A DNA stretch of 46,586 bases, taken from positions 3,128-49,713 of the forward strand of contig CAZGMH010000002.1 of NCBI GenBank assembly GCA_964526765.1, written 5' to 3'. The position numbers and the translations under genes are program-made. This stretch comes from an uncultured Eubacterium sp. Lineage in GTDB: Bacteria; Bacillota; Clostridia; Lachnospirales; Lachnospiraceae. Below are positions 19,385 to 29,047 of this stretch, piece by piece. The stretch's first letter is position 1, and every line of letters begins with the position of its first letter. The notes under the pieces were generated by a model that saw only the letters and a program-made list of their open reading frames with translations, was not told the origin of the DNA and did no database searches.

Positions 19385-20989
19385 TCACATGTTCCCAGGC
19401 ATATATTTTTTCATGACTGCTTCCGCAATCCGCAATCCATCCATGGCGGCCGACATTATACCGCCGGCATAACCGGCGCCTTCTCCGCAAGGGTACAGGC
19501 CGTGAACTTCACTCTCAAACGCGTCGTTCCTGCTAATCCGTACCGGTGAGGAGGTACGGCTTTCAACACCGGAGAGAATACAGTCCTCCCGGTCAAAATC
19601 AGGAATCTTTTTTCCGAAGGCGTGCATCCCCTCGATAAAGGACGTACTCACCGACTCAGGAAAAATGCTGCGCAGATTTGCAAAGGCATGTTCCCCTTTT
19701 ACGCAGCTTTCAAATGCCCCATAGTTCTCGCTGGGGCGGTCCGCCTCAAAATCGCCGAAAAGCTGCTGGGGCACTTTCCCGTCCGCCAGCTTCCAGGCTT
19801 TTTCCTCCAATGTGCGCTGAAATTCCATGCCGGAAAGAGGATGCGCGCCATTTGGAAAGTCCTCCGGCGTCACAGATACGATAATGGCGCTGTTGGCATT
19901 TTGGCTGTCCCTTTTCCGGTAACTCATGCCGTTTACCGCAATTTTTTGTTCTTCGGATGAGGCATTCACAACAAAGCCTCCCGGACACATACAAAATGAA
20001 TATACCCCTCTTTGATTGGATGACTGATGGGTCAGCTTATATGAGGCAGCCGGGAGAAGGCTCTTATCCGCCTCCCGTCCGTATTGACTGTCATCAATCA
20101 TTTCCTGCGGGTGCTCGACGCGCATTCCGACGGCAAAGGATTTTGCCAGCATCGGAATTTTTCTCTCATATAATTTTGCAAATGTATCTCTGGCGCTGTG
20201 CCCGATGGCCAGCACAACTGCGGATACATCCATCCGCTCTTTTTCATTAATCTCAATGGCTGTCAGCCGTCCTTTGCTTATCTCAAAATCTGTGACTTTT
20301 GAAGAAAACCGGAATTTCCCTCCAAGCCGTATGATTTCCCGGCGCAGATTTGCAGTCACAGTCCGGAGTAAATCTGTTCCGATATGCGGTTTGTTTACAT
20401 ATAAAATATCCTCCGGCGCGCCAAATTTTACAAAAGTCTCCAAAACAAACCGATTGCGTCCGAATTTATCTTTGACCAGGGTGTTTAACTTGCCGTCGGA
20501 AAAAGTTCCGGCGCCGCCCTCCCCGAACTGCACATTCGATTCCGGGTCTAAGCGCCCGGTCTGCCAGAATGTTTCCACGTCCTTTTGGCGTTCTTCTACC
20601 ATCCTGCCCCGCTCCAAAACAAGGGGCGCGTATCCCGATTTTGCCAGCAGATAAGCACAGAAAATCCCCGCCGGGCCAGCCCCCACAATTACAATCGGTT
20701 TATCGAAAGGCTGATTTCCGGTTATGTCCGGGTGGTATATTACAGGCTGAATCTCCTGAATATTTTTGCCTGATTTAGAATATTTCGCCTGTTTCCTGAG
20801 CCGGATATCGACAACATAGCTGTATTTTAGCGCGTCCTTTTTCCGGGCATCCACAGACTGCTTTACGATACAAATCTGTTCCACATCCCGTTCCCTGATT
20901 TTTGCGGCTTTACAGGCCCTGGCAAATACCTGGTCTGCCGTATGGGACAATGGCATAGATATTTGTGATATACGTATTGTTTTACTCAT
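19385..20989 (-). CDS. FAD-dependent oxidoreductase (COG2509-like)
   Basis: GAGPAG Rossmann motif, FGEGGAGTFSDGKL, FCMCPGG and GEGAGYAGGI. Confidence 0.88.
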   Translation of the reverse strand: MSKTIRISQISMPLSHTADQVFARACKAAKIRERDVEQICIVKQSVDARKKDALKYSYVVDIRLRKQAKYSKSGKNIQEIQPVIYHPDITGNQPFDKPIVIVGAGPAGIFCAYLLAKSGYAPLVLERGRMVEERQKDVETFWQTGRLDPESNVQFGEGGAGTFSDGKLNTLVKDKFGRNRFVLETFVKFGAPEDILYVNKPHIGTDLLRTVTANLRREIIRLGGKFRFSSKVTDFEISKGRLTAIEINEKERMDVSAVVLAIGHSARDTFAKLYERKIPMLAKSFAVGMRVEHPQEMIDDSQYGREADKSLLPAASYKLTHQSSNQRGVYSFCMCPGGFVVNASSEEQKIAVNGMSYRKRDSQNANSAIIVSVTPEDFPNGAHPLSGMEFQRTLEEKAWKLADGKVPQQLFGDFEADRPSENYGAFESCVKGEHAFANLRSIFPESVSTSFIEGMHAFGKKIPDFDREDCILSGVESRTSSPVRISRNDAFESEVHGLYPCGEGAGYAGGIMSAAMDGLRIAEAVMKKYMPGNM

Positions 20990-21017
20990 GTACTGCTCCG
21001 CTTTTATTTATGAAATA

Positions 21018-22301
21018 TTATAAAATATGTGATTTTTCCGTTTTAATGAAGGTCTGCACATATTTGGACGCTTTTGTTCCGGCTACATAACCGCTGGACC
21101 ATGCCCACTGCAGGTTATAGCCGCCGCAGATACCATCCACATCTATGATTTCCCCGGCAAAAAAGAGTCCGGGAACAAGTTTTGACTGCAAATCATTCGG
21201 ATAAATTTCATTCACCGAAATCCCTCCGCAAGTCGCCTGGGCCTGCTCAAAGCTTTTCGTTTTTGTAATCGAAACCTGTGTCTGCTTTAATTGTCCGACT
21301 ACCTGCTCCGTTTGATTCTGCCGCTGTTTTTGGGGCTGTTTCGCCGCCGCAGTCTGCGGCAATTTTAATTTCCGGCAGATCATAGCCGATATTTTTCTGT
21401 TCACCAGTCCCGAAAGCAGTTCTTCCCAGCTTTTTTCAATCCCGGATGACATAAGCCAGTCCGACAGCAGTTTTTTCAAATCTGTTTTAGAATATTCCGG
21501 GACAAAATCAAGAACGGCGGCGACCTTACAGCCTTTTTCCAGTGCGGCCGATGCGTAACGGCTCACCTGAAAAACCGGGATTCCCGAAATTCCATAATCT
21601 GTCATCTGAACCTCGCCGGTATCTGCCGCCGCCTGTTCCCCGTTTACAAGCAATGCAACGGACGCATCACAGCGGACGCCCGCAGTTTCCCTAAGCCATG
21701 ATTCCCCGGAAACCAAAGGCACCAGCGCCGGCAGCGGTTTATGTATGGTGTGTCCCAGATTTTTTGCGTAAATATAGCCGCTTCCATCGCTTCCGGTTTT
21801 TGGAGAAGCCTTTCCTCCGGCCGCAAGAATACATGCCGGGGCGGTAAAATCCCCGGATTTTGTATCAAAAACAAACTGTTTTTTCTTTTTTTGAATATCC
21901 CGGATGCCAATTTCATTGTAAACCGGTATCTTTAACCGCCGTATCTCCATGATCAGTGCATCCCGGACAGCAGACGCCTGACCGCTGCGGGGATAATAGT
22001 ATCCCTGGCGCTCTCTGGCGGGAACACCGGATTTTTCAAAAAAGCGCAGCGTATCGGATACCGAAAACTGCTCTAAAACCTGTAATACAAAGGCAGGGTC
22101 GTCGCACCGATAACAGCCACTCCCCTGCATTTGATTCGTAAAATTGCATTTTCCATTTCCTGTTGCAAGCAGCTTTTTCCCGGAAACTGCATGATGATCC
22201 AGGATTGCCACGTCTGTCCCCAACCGAGCGGCGCTGATTGCCGCCATCAGACCGGAAGCCCCTCCGCCCACAACAATAAGTTCAAAATTGCTTTTTTTCA
22301 C
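21018..22301 (-). CDS. HI0933/YhiN family flavoprotein
   Basis: GGGASG, KLLATGNGKCNFTN, GSDGSGY and GGYNLQWAWSSG. Confidence 0.92.
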   Translation of the reverse strand: MKKSNFELIVVGGGASGLMAAISAARLGTDVAILDHHAVSGKKLLATGNGKCNFTNQMQGSGCYRCDDPAFVLQVLEQFSVSDTLRFFEKSGVPARERQGYYYPRSGQASAVRDALIMEIRRLKIPVYNEIGIRDIQKKKKQFVFDTKSGDFTAPACILAAGGKASPKTGSDGSGYIYAKNLGHTIHKPLPALVPLVSGESWLRETAGVRCDASVALLVNGEQAAADTGEVQMTDYGISGIPVFQVSRYASAALEKGCKVAAVLDFVPEYSKTDLKKLLSDWLMSSGIEKSWEELLSGLVNRKISAMICRKLKLPQTAAAKQPQKQRQNQTEQVVGQLKQTQVSITKTKSFEQAQATCGGISVNEIYPNDLQSKLVPGLFFAGEIIDVDGICGGYNLQWAWSSGYVAGTKASKYVQTFIKTEKSHIL

Positions 22302-23080
22302 CTGAACTCCTTTTTACCAGAATCGTCAACTGCCTGAAGAATATCCTCCAAAGCTTCATCGGTTGGTTCCGCCGGAATATCCTGGGACATTTTTGTCTCA
22401 GGCTTCGGAATTTCTTCCCGGAGTTTACTGTCCCCGGCTTCGTCAATGCTGTCCGTTATATCATCACGGTCCTTTTTCGCATCGGACCGTTGCCTATCCT
22501 GTTCTTTTTTCGCTTTTTTCCGGCTTGTCCGGATCGCGATTGCAAGATACAGGGTGCTGATAATATTAACTGCTCCGTCAGCGATCAGAACATAATATAT
22601 GTAATCTTTGTTTGCAGATATTTTGCCCATTGGATCCAGGACAATGGCAATGGCAGCCGCCAAAAACAGGACTGCGATAATCAGAAACACAAACCACGCC
22701 TGGTTTCCAAGCCCTTTTAAATCTACCGCATTCTGAAGTTTGATAACGGCAGTCAGAAGAATACAGATTCCCAGAAACAGTGAAAAATATAAGGATATCT
22801 CATCCGAACGGACAAGCATGCAAATACCGCACAGAATACTCAGTACACCGCCGGAAAACCCATATTTTCCGATATCCCGATAGCCTCCGTTTAAAAAATA
22901 TCTGACAATTAAAATAATACCATAAATGACCAGAATGGCTCCGGCCAGGTAAATGATATAGACTTCCTTAAACTGGGGAATAAATACCATTGCAAGCCCA
23001 AACAGAATATAAACTACCGCAATACCGATTACAAGACCAGTCCCCAGGCTGATACTATTTTTTTGATTTTGTTCTTTCAT
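22298..23080 (-). CDS. DUF308/HdeD-like membrane protein with charged C-terminal tail
   Basis: About six hydrophobic segments followed by a charged tail; GGAGG RBS; GTGA overlap with the next gene. Confidence 0.7.
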   Translation of the reverse strand: MKEQNQKNSISLGTGLVIGIAVVYILFGLAMVFIPQFKEVYIIYLAGAILVIYGIILIVRYFLNGGYRDIGKYGFSGGVLSILCGICMLVRSDEISLYFSLFLGICILLTAVIKLQNAVDLKGLGNQAWFVFLIIAVLFLAAAIAIVLDPMGKISANKDYIYYVLIADGAVNIISTLYLAIAIRTSRKKAKKEQDRQRSDAKKDRDDITDSIDEAGDSKLREEIPKPETKMSQDIPAEPTDEALEDILQAVDDSGKKEFR

Positions 23081-23159
23081 GGCATATCCTCCCGTTAAGC
23101 GTAATGTGTCGCTAAACTCGTAAATACCTGCTTTGCACGCTATTACACCAAGCGATTGT

Positions 23160-23168
23160 ATTATACCA
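23160..23168 (-). promoter_or_regulatory. Extended -10 box (TGnTATAAT)
   Basis: Minus strand TGGTATAAT upstream of the DUF308 operon. Confidence 0.45.
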
Positions 23169-23251
23169 TATCCACTAAGCTCGAAAGTACCTCGCTAAGT
23201 GGCTAGGTATTAGTTCTGCTAGGCTCGTAAAAACCTCGCCAAGCAGAAGCT

Positions 23252-23260
23252 ATTATACCA
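23252..23260 (-). promoter_or_regulatory. Extended -10 box (TGnTATAAT)
   Basis: Minus strand TGGTATAAT with TTTCCA 17 nt upstream of the -10 hexamer. Confidence 0.5.
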
Positions 23261-23285
23261 CATTCATAAAATTTTGGAAAGCTGT

Positions 23286-23732
23286 TTAACTCGAATAATT
23301 TTCAAGAAAGCTATAGAGTTCCTCCAAACTTGAAAAGGATATGCCGGTTTTTGCTTTTTCCTGCAAATCCGCCGGCAAATCCGTCGGTTTTAAACCGGTT
23401 TCGAAATAAACCTGATCGGTATTGCTGTCATATACGGCAAGGTATCCGTCAGATGCTTTCAGGTAATAGCAGGCCTCTTTTATATCTTTCATACTTTCAA
23501 CCGACTGCTCCGCTTCCTCCTGCTCCTGCGCCTGGGCATCAGAAACCGCTGTGTCAGTTGCCGTGTTGTTTGTTGTTGATTTTATTGAAGTATCGTAGTT
23601 TTCTTCGGAAGCTGTCAATATATTTCCCGGTTCCGTACTATTTTCACCAAAATAGAATCCCGCCCAAAATGCTCCCACAATCAGTGCAGCCGACAGCAAA
23701 AAAGAAATGCGAATAATACGTGTCTGTTTCAT
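23286..23732 (-). CDS. BofC C-terminal-domain-like sporulation protein
   Basis: N-terminal TM, low-complexity linker, then YYLKASDGYLAVY...LPADLQEKAKTGISFSSLEELYSFLENYSS, which resembles the BofC C-terminal domain. Confidence 0.7.
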   Translation of the reverse strand: MKQTRIIRISFLLSAALIVGAFWAGFYFGENSTEPGNILTASEENYDTSIKSTTNNTATDTAVSDAQAQEQEEAEQSVESMKDIKEACYYLKASDGYLAVYDSNTDQVYFETGLKPTDLPADLQEKAKTGISFSSLEELYSFLENYSS

Positions 23733-23751
23733 AAATAAACTCCTTTTTTTG

Positions 23752-23780
23752 TATTATTCGCATTTTTTCCAATCTTATTC
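23752..23780 (-). promoter_or_regulatory. Possible sigma-F/sigma-G promoter
   Basis: Minus strand GAATA-N14-GCGAATAATA just upstream of the RBS; B. subtilis bofC is a forespore gene. Confidence 0.35.
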
Positions 23781-23826
23781 ACACATAATTCATCACTCTT
23801 TTATTTTGTTGAGTTTCCATACATGT

Positions 23827-25152
23827 TCATCCTATTTCAAAAACCGCCGGTTTTTCTTTTGTACAGCATTTCCATAGTTCCGCCCCTTCTTCATTCGGGT
23901 TTCCTGTTTTCATAAAATTTGCCCAATAATCCAGCATTTGCTTACTTAATTGGTAATCGAATTTTTCCATAGGTCTCCAGCATCGGTCAAGTGTACCGAA
24001 CATATACCATAATTCGGATGAATGAAATGCTCCCGCGCCATCTCCCGGAAGATTTCTTGTAAAGTAATATACATAAGCAGCTTTTCTCCCCAGTTCTTCC
24101 AGTTTCTGGCTAAATGCGATACATCCTTTATATAATGGGGAAAATTCTCCATTTTTCAGCAATTCCGGTGTTACTAAAATATCATTCTTTGTAGTCCCTA
24201 AAAGATATGGAATCTCTTTGACCTGTCCTCTTTCCATTAAATGATAACAGGTATCCTTTAACACATAACCGTCTAAAGTAGGCGCCAGGAAAAATCCCTT
24301 TTCCAAGGGCGCCGCTTTCTCCATCAATTTCATTGAGGCTGACAGAATTTCCGTCTGTGACCGGCTGCGCAGATCTCTCAAATTATCTGCTTCCATAATT
24401 TCAGTAAACCATATTCCATATTTCATCTGTCGTTCCAGCGTAATATCATTATGAAGCCCACTTTTATATGAACCGCCGCTCTGCATGATTGCCTTTGCGA
24501 TCATATTTCCCGTAAGTTCGGATGATACCAGCGCCTGTACACTCATTGCTCCTGCACTCTGTCCGAAGACGGTGATATTATTCTTATCCCCGCCAAATGC
24601 CTCAATATTTTCATACACCCACTTTAAGGCGGCAACCTGATCTAAAATTCCATAATTTCCCGAAATGTTTTTCTCACTTTCCTTATTCAGCCATGGATGT
24701 GCAAAAAAGCCAAAAATCCCACACCGATATGCAATCGTCACCAGAATCACACCGCGTTCACAATATGCCCGCCCATCAAATTCCACTTCACTGCTGTAGC
24801 CCCCAAGGAATCCGCCTCCATGAATCCAGAATGCAACCGGAAGTTTTTTCTTCTCATAGTTTTTCGGCATCCAGATATTCAGATACAGGCAATCCTCACT
24901 CATCGGGCGTTCATATTCCGATGCGCTATAGAACTCCTTTTTATAAAAACCCATACCTTCAGTTTGTACACATTTCTCCCTGAATTTTTTTGCCTGATAT
25001 ACTCCTGACCAGGGTTCTTTCTCCACAGGTGGTTTCCAACGCAATATTCCAACCGGCGGTTTTGCGTATGGAATTCCTCGGAATTCTATATATGTCCCCC
25101 TATCAACACCTTCTATCTTCCCTTTTGTCGTCTCAATCATAGCTTTTCCCAC
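23827..25152 (-). CDS. Type-B carboxylesterase (alpha/beta hydrolase)
   Basis: FRGIPYAKPP, SEDCLYLNIW, HGGG, nucleophile GQSAG and AFHSSE; no signal peptide. Confidence 0.93.
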   Translation of the reverse strand: MGKAMIETTKGKIEGVDRGTYIEFRGIPYAKPPVGILRWKPPVEKEPWSGVYQAKKFREKCVQTEGMGFYKKEFYSASEYERPMSEDCLYLNIWMPKNYEKKKLPVAFWIHGGGFLGGYSSEVEFDGRAYCERGVILVTIAYRCGIFGFFAHPWLNKESEKNISGNYGILDQVAALKWVYENIEAFGGDKNNITVFGQSAGAMSVQALVSSELTGNMIAKAIMQSGGSYKSGLHNDITLERQMKYGIWFTEIMEADNLRDLRSRSQTEILSASMKLMEKAAPLEKGFFLAPTLDGYVLKDTCYHLMERGQVKEIPYLLGTTKNDILVTPELLKNGEFSPLYKGCIAFSQKLEELGRKAAYVYYFTRNLPGDGAGAFHSSELWYMFGTLDRCWRPMEKFDYQLSKQMLDYWANFMKTGNPNEEGAELWKCCTKEKPAVFEIG

Positions 25153-25162
25153 TTCCTTTTTA

Positions 25163-26686
25163 CTAAACTTTCAGAAGAAATGGTTTGACCGGAATTCTGG
25201 AAGCATTGTAAATATTCACTTCATAAAACGGTGTTTTTGCAAATGCAATCTGCATTCCTTCCATTTCTCCCCCTGTCTTCATATGAATCAGAAGCTGATT
25301 TCCTGTCACTTCTGTCCGGTACATTTTTGATAAAACTTCTCTTCCATGACAATCAAAAATCTGAATCGCCTGAATCTGCTTTCCCTCTACAGACAATCCT
25401 CCTTCTGCATTGGCAAATGTAATAATAAGTGTTTCCTTTTGCCTTTCCACACTCTTCGGGGTCGGCGCCTCACATAGTATTTTTTCCCCATATACATGTC
25501 CTCTGGCTAAAAGTGCAAGACGAATTCCAACCGGCCTTTTTTCCTTTGGATGAATATCGTAATCACTTCCCACGTCACCAATTGAAGCACAGTATACCTT
25601 TTCCATCCGACGGGTAACCTCTTCCTGCTGTTCCCTGAGTATCGGATAAAATTTCCCTCCCAATCCGATTTCTTCTCCCAGCGGAGCAAGCTGTGTCATA
25701 ATAAATGGAATCTGATCTTCCCACTCTCTTCTCCAACACCGAATCAATCCGCACATCATATCCGCATAAATTTCCGGATGTTCTTCATCACTTTCTCCCT
25801 GATACCAAATCACGCCTTTTATAGTATACGGCGCTATTTTTTTCAGCATTGTATGATATAATCCACATGGTCTCCATTCATGCCATGGACCTATTGTGTT
25901 TCCCGAACCACCATCAGACATTTCCTGAAACATTCTTTTCAATTCTTCTTTCGGAATACCATATAACATTTTTTCTGCCAACGGATTACTAAATGGATGA
26001 GATTTATCCACAAATTCATTGGTCAAATAGTCCGCTTCTGCTTTTTCCAAATCAGGAATCGAAGCCACATCTCTTTCATAATCTTCCATCCATACGGGAC
26101 CGCATTCCTGCACCGTCTCTTCATCCATCCAACAACAAGCCCTTGTGCCTCCGCAGTTACATCCAATAATGCCTATCGGTACCTTCAGAGCTTCCTGCAG
26201 ATTTTTTGCAAAATAGTACGCCGTCGCAGAATAATATTGTATGTTATCTTTATCGCACCTGCGCCAGAACCCAAATAATGAAAAATCCCGGAGAGATTTC
26301 ATTGTCTCTGTTGCCAGAACCGGATAATCGAAGAAACGGATATTTTTATTCTCACAATATTCTGCTTCCTCTTCAAAATTTTTATCATACCGCATAAAAA
26401 ATTCCATATTAGACTGTCCGCCTGCCACCCAGACTTCTCCCACAGCAACATTTGTATACGTAATGGTCTCTGTTTCATCAGAGATTACCAAAGTTTCTTC
26501 CTCGGAAGCATTCAACGGAGGGAGTTCCGTACACCAGTCCCCGTTCTCATCAGAACAGACTTTTACAGAACAATTTTGGATTTCAATAATAATTGCAGAA
26601 TCCTTTTTTCCTTTTCCCCACACCTTTATTTTCTTATCTCTCTGGAGTACCATATTATCTCCAAATAATTCTGCTATCTGCAGCAT
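25163..26686 (-). CDS. Sialate O-acetylesterase family (SGNH) esterase
   Basis: FGDNMVLQR, GEVWVAGGQSNM, WYQGES and DIHP. Confidence 0.9.
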   Translation of the reverse strand: MLQIAELFGDNMVLQRDKKIKVWGKGKKDSAIIIEIQNCSVKVCSDENGDWCTELPPLNASEEETLVISDETETITYTNVAVGEVWVAGGQSNMEFFMRYDKNFEEEAEYCENKNIRFFDYPVLATETMKSLRDFSLFGFWRRCDKDNIQYYSATAYYFAKNLQEALKVPIGIIGCNCGGTRACCWMDEETVQECGPVWMEDYERDVASIPDLEKAEADYLTNEFVDKSHPFSNPLAEKMLYGIPKEELKRMFQEMSDGGSGNTIGPWHEWRPCGLYHTMLKKIAPYTIKGVIWYQGESDEEHPEIYADMMCGLIRCWRREWEDQIPFIMTQLAPLGEEIGLGGKFYPILREQQEEVTRRMEKVYCASIGDVGSDYDIHPKEKRPVGIRLALLARGHVYGEKILCEAPTPKSVERQKETLIITFANAEGGLSVEGKQIQAIQIFDCHGREVLSKMYRTEVTGNQLLIHMKTGGEMEGMQIAFAKTPFYEVNIYNASRIPVKPFLLKV

Positions 26687-26705
26687 AAACCTTCGCCCCC
26701 CTTAA

Positions 26706-28064
26706 TTATACATCTGCTTCTTCTTTCGTAAGAAGCGCTGCATTTTCAGCCGCTTTTTTATTTGTCATTTTAATCATTACAAAGAAAATAATTGCAGCCG
26801 CATACATCACTGCCGGTCCAAGATTAATGACAGCATTCATATTGTTTTTCACACTGTCTGTCTGCACTGCATTCGGGATGTATCCCACTGCTGTAATCAA
26901 TGCTACTCCCACTGCACTTCCAATGGCACTGGAAAATTTGGTAGAAAATGATATCACAGAAACAAGAATCCCTTCTGTTCGAAAACCGTTTTTCAATTCG
27001 TTGTCATCAATAATCTGTGCGATCAGTGTCTGTGAACCTAATGTCAGCCAGTTGCCTGCTCCAACCATAAAGGTTCCAACCAAAATTACTGCTGTATTTC
27101 CGTTTGCAAAATACAAAAGTACACATGCTGCAGTACAAATCCCGCAAGATATCGCCATTGCTTTTTTGACGTCCATGTGCCTTAATATAATCGGCAAAAA
27201 GAAATATGGAACCAGCATTCCGACAGTTGTCAGGGTAATACAGATTGATACCATATCCACTCTTTCAAGCACATACATGTAATAATAAACAACAATTCCG
27301 ACTCTTCCAAATACTCCGACAAGCGCCAATAACATCCCCGCCAGCAAACACATCAGGTTTCTGTCTTTTACAAAAATCTTTAAGCTATCTCTTACAGAAA
27401 TTGTGTTTGTTTCCTTTTTGGGGTGAACCACTTCTTTAGTTCCTTTAAATGCAATCAACAATGTAATGCACGACACGATTGCAATCATTGTACAGACAAC
27501 CGTGTATGCCTTTGGCGAATTTACATCTCCATTTCCAACCTTTAAAAGTGCTGGTGTAAAAATGGATGATACGACAATTGCTCCTACCTGTGTTGCAATA
27601 CCAAAGACAGAATACAGTTTTACTCTTTCATTTGCATCTCTTGTCATTACCGTCGGCAGTGACTGCATGGGTATTCCGCTTGCTGTATATGCCATGCCAA
27701 AAAGAATATAGCAGATACCAGTCAATATTGCTTTTGTCATTGTACTTCCCGGCCAGACAGTAAAGGTCAGCACAAATGTAATTGAGCCAACCGGCGCCAT
27801 CCATAGCAGCCAGGGGCGGAATCTTCCCCATCTTGTCTTCGTCCTTTCTGCTATGATTCCCATCAGCGGGTCATTAATCGCATCCCAGATTTTAGAAATC
27901 AGCATAATCATGGCGATTGCCCCGGCAGTAATTCCCAGCACATCCGTATAGAAGACCGTCTGGTAGGAGCTTACAATCTGGAACATAATCATTGAAGATA
28001 CTCCCGCCATGCCAAAGCTCGCATATGCGCCAATCGGCAATTTACTTTTGTTACTTTTTCCCAT
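26706..28064 (-). CDS. GPH/MelB-family MFS sugar:cation symporter
   Basis: FYTDVLG and WDAINDPLMG...TRWGRFRPW, about 12 TM; start taken at ATG 28064 after GGGAGG (ORF track 28106). Confidence 0.92.
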   Translation of the reverse strand: MGKSNKSKLPIGAYASFGMAGVSSMIMFQIVSSYQTVFYTDVLGITAGAIAMIMLISKIWDAINDPLMGIIAERTKTRWGRFRPWLLWMAPVGSITFVLTFTVWPGSTMTKAILTGICYILFGMAYTASGIPMQSLPTVMTRDANERVKLYSVFGIATQVGAIVVSSIFTPALLKVGNGDVNSPKAYTVVCTMIAIVSCITLLIAFKGTKEVVHPKKETNTISVRDSLKIFVKDRNLMCLLAGMLLALVGVFGRVGIVVYYYMYVLERVDMVSICITLTTVGMLVPYFFLPIILRHMDVKKAMAISCGICTAACVLLYFANGNTAVILVGTFMVGAGNWLTLGSQTLIAQIIDDNELKNGFRTEGILVSVISFSTKFSSAIGSAVGVALITAVGYIPNAVQTDSVKNNMNAVINLGPAVMYAAAIIFFVMIKMTNKKAAENAALLTKEEADV

Positions 28065-28241
28065 TTTTCTTTCCTCCCTGTTTGTTATCTCTTTGGTATA
28101 ATTCATAATAAATGAACTGTTTTTTTATTCCAATGGTAAAAAGCGCACAAAGAATGTAAAATTTGCTTAACTTTTTTCTTTCCTTTCAACAAGAATTCCT
28201 ATAAAATAATATTCAGAAACAATATTGGAGGCGATTGAACC

Positions 28242-29006
28242 ATGAACATGGAATTTTCTGTATTTTCAATTCAACAAGGAGAACATGATTTTATCAGCGA
28301 TACCCATCAATACTGGATTTTATTAACCGGGAGCGGCATCTTCACTACCCAGCACCAGTCCTTTATTCTGATTTCGCACGATGTGCTGGAATACCCACAA
28401 TCAATCCCCGGACATTTTTCTGCTGCTGCTCCGGTCATGGTAGGATGCATAAAACTCTCTGATTTTTTAGCCACAAATACAAAGGTGAAACATTTACCAA
28501 AACAGGATACAGAACTGATTCGAAAAGTATTCTTTTTTGCATTTGATATGCAGGGTATACAGCATCCGCATATATCAGCAATGATGAATGCCATCAATCA
28601 ATTAATGCTGGAAATACTGCTTTCTATGGATCTGGTCAAAGAAACCATTCCTGCCTGCGTCATACAGGTATTAGAAGATATCAATACAAACTATCTGAAC
28701 AGTAATTATAATATTGCGGAAGTAATCCAAAAAACCGGTTATAGTCTCAGCCATTTCCGTAAATTATTCAAAAAGTATGTAGGAATTCCGCCTCTGGAAT
28801 TTATAAATCAAAGGCGTTTAGAGAATGCCAAAATGCTAATGCGGCAGCAAAGAGAATCTTTGTCAATTAAACAGATTGCTTACCAGAGCGGATTTACAGA
28901 TGCTTATTATTTTTCCCGTCTGTTTAAAAAATCAGAAGATATGACTCCGACAGAATACATACAGCAACTCTGTACGGTTTGCACATCGGAAGATGAACAG
29001 ATATAA
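28242..29006 (+). CDS. AraC family transcriptional regulator
   Basis: C-terminal HFRKLFKK...IAYQSGFTDAYYFSRLFKK...TPTEY; divergent from the permease. Confidence 0.93.
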   Translation: MNMEFSVFSIQQGEHDFISDTHQYWILLTGSGIFTTQHQSFILISHDVLEYPQSIPGHFSAAAPVMVGCIKLSDFLATNTKVKHLPKQDTELIRKVFFFAFDMQGIQHPHISAMMNAINQLMLEILLSMDLVKETIPACVIQVLEDINTNYLNSNYNIAEVIQKTGYSLSHFRKLFKKYVGIPPLEFINQRRLENAKMLMRQQRESLSIKQIAYQSGFTDAYYFSRLFKKSEDMTPTEYIQQLCTVCTSEDEQI

Positions 29007-29047
29007 AAGAAATTGCGATACCCATGTGTTTTTCATATGCCCGGCAT

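Larger units (their letters stand above)
23101..23260. repeat. Three imperfect copies of a hairpin motif (REP-like or structured RNA)
   Basis: Cores CTAAACTCGTAAATACCTGCTTTG (23112), CTAAGCTCGAAAGTACCTCGCTAAG (23175) and CTAGGCTCGTAAAAACCTCGCCAAG (23219), each closed by its own stem and followed by GCTA. Confidence 0.75.

Noticed and set aside
23101-23260. Mini-CRISPR interpretation of the three repeats
   Set aside because: The repeats are degenerate and unevenly spaced, the intervening sequences form the closing stems, and there are no cas genes.
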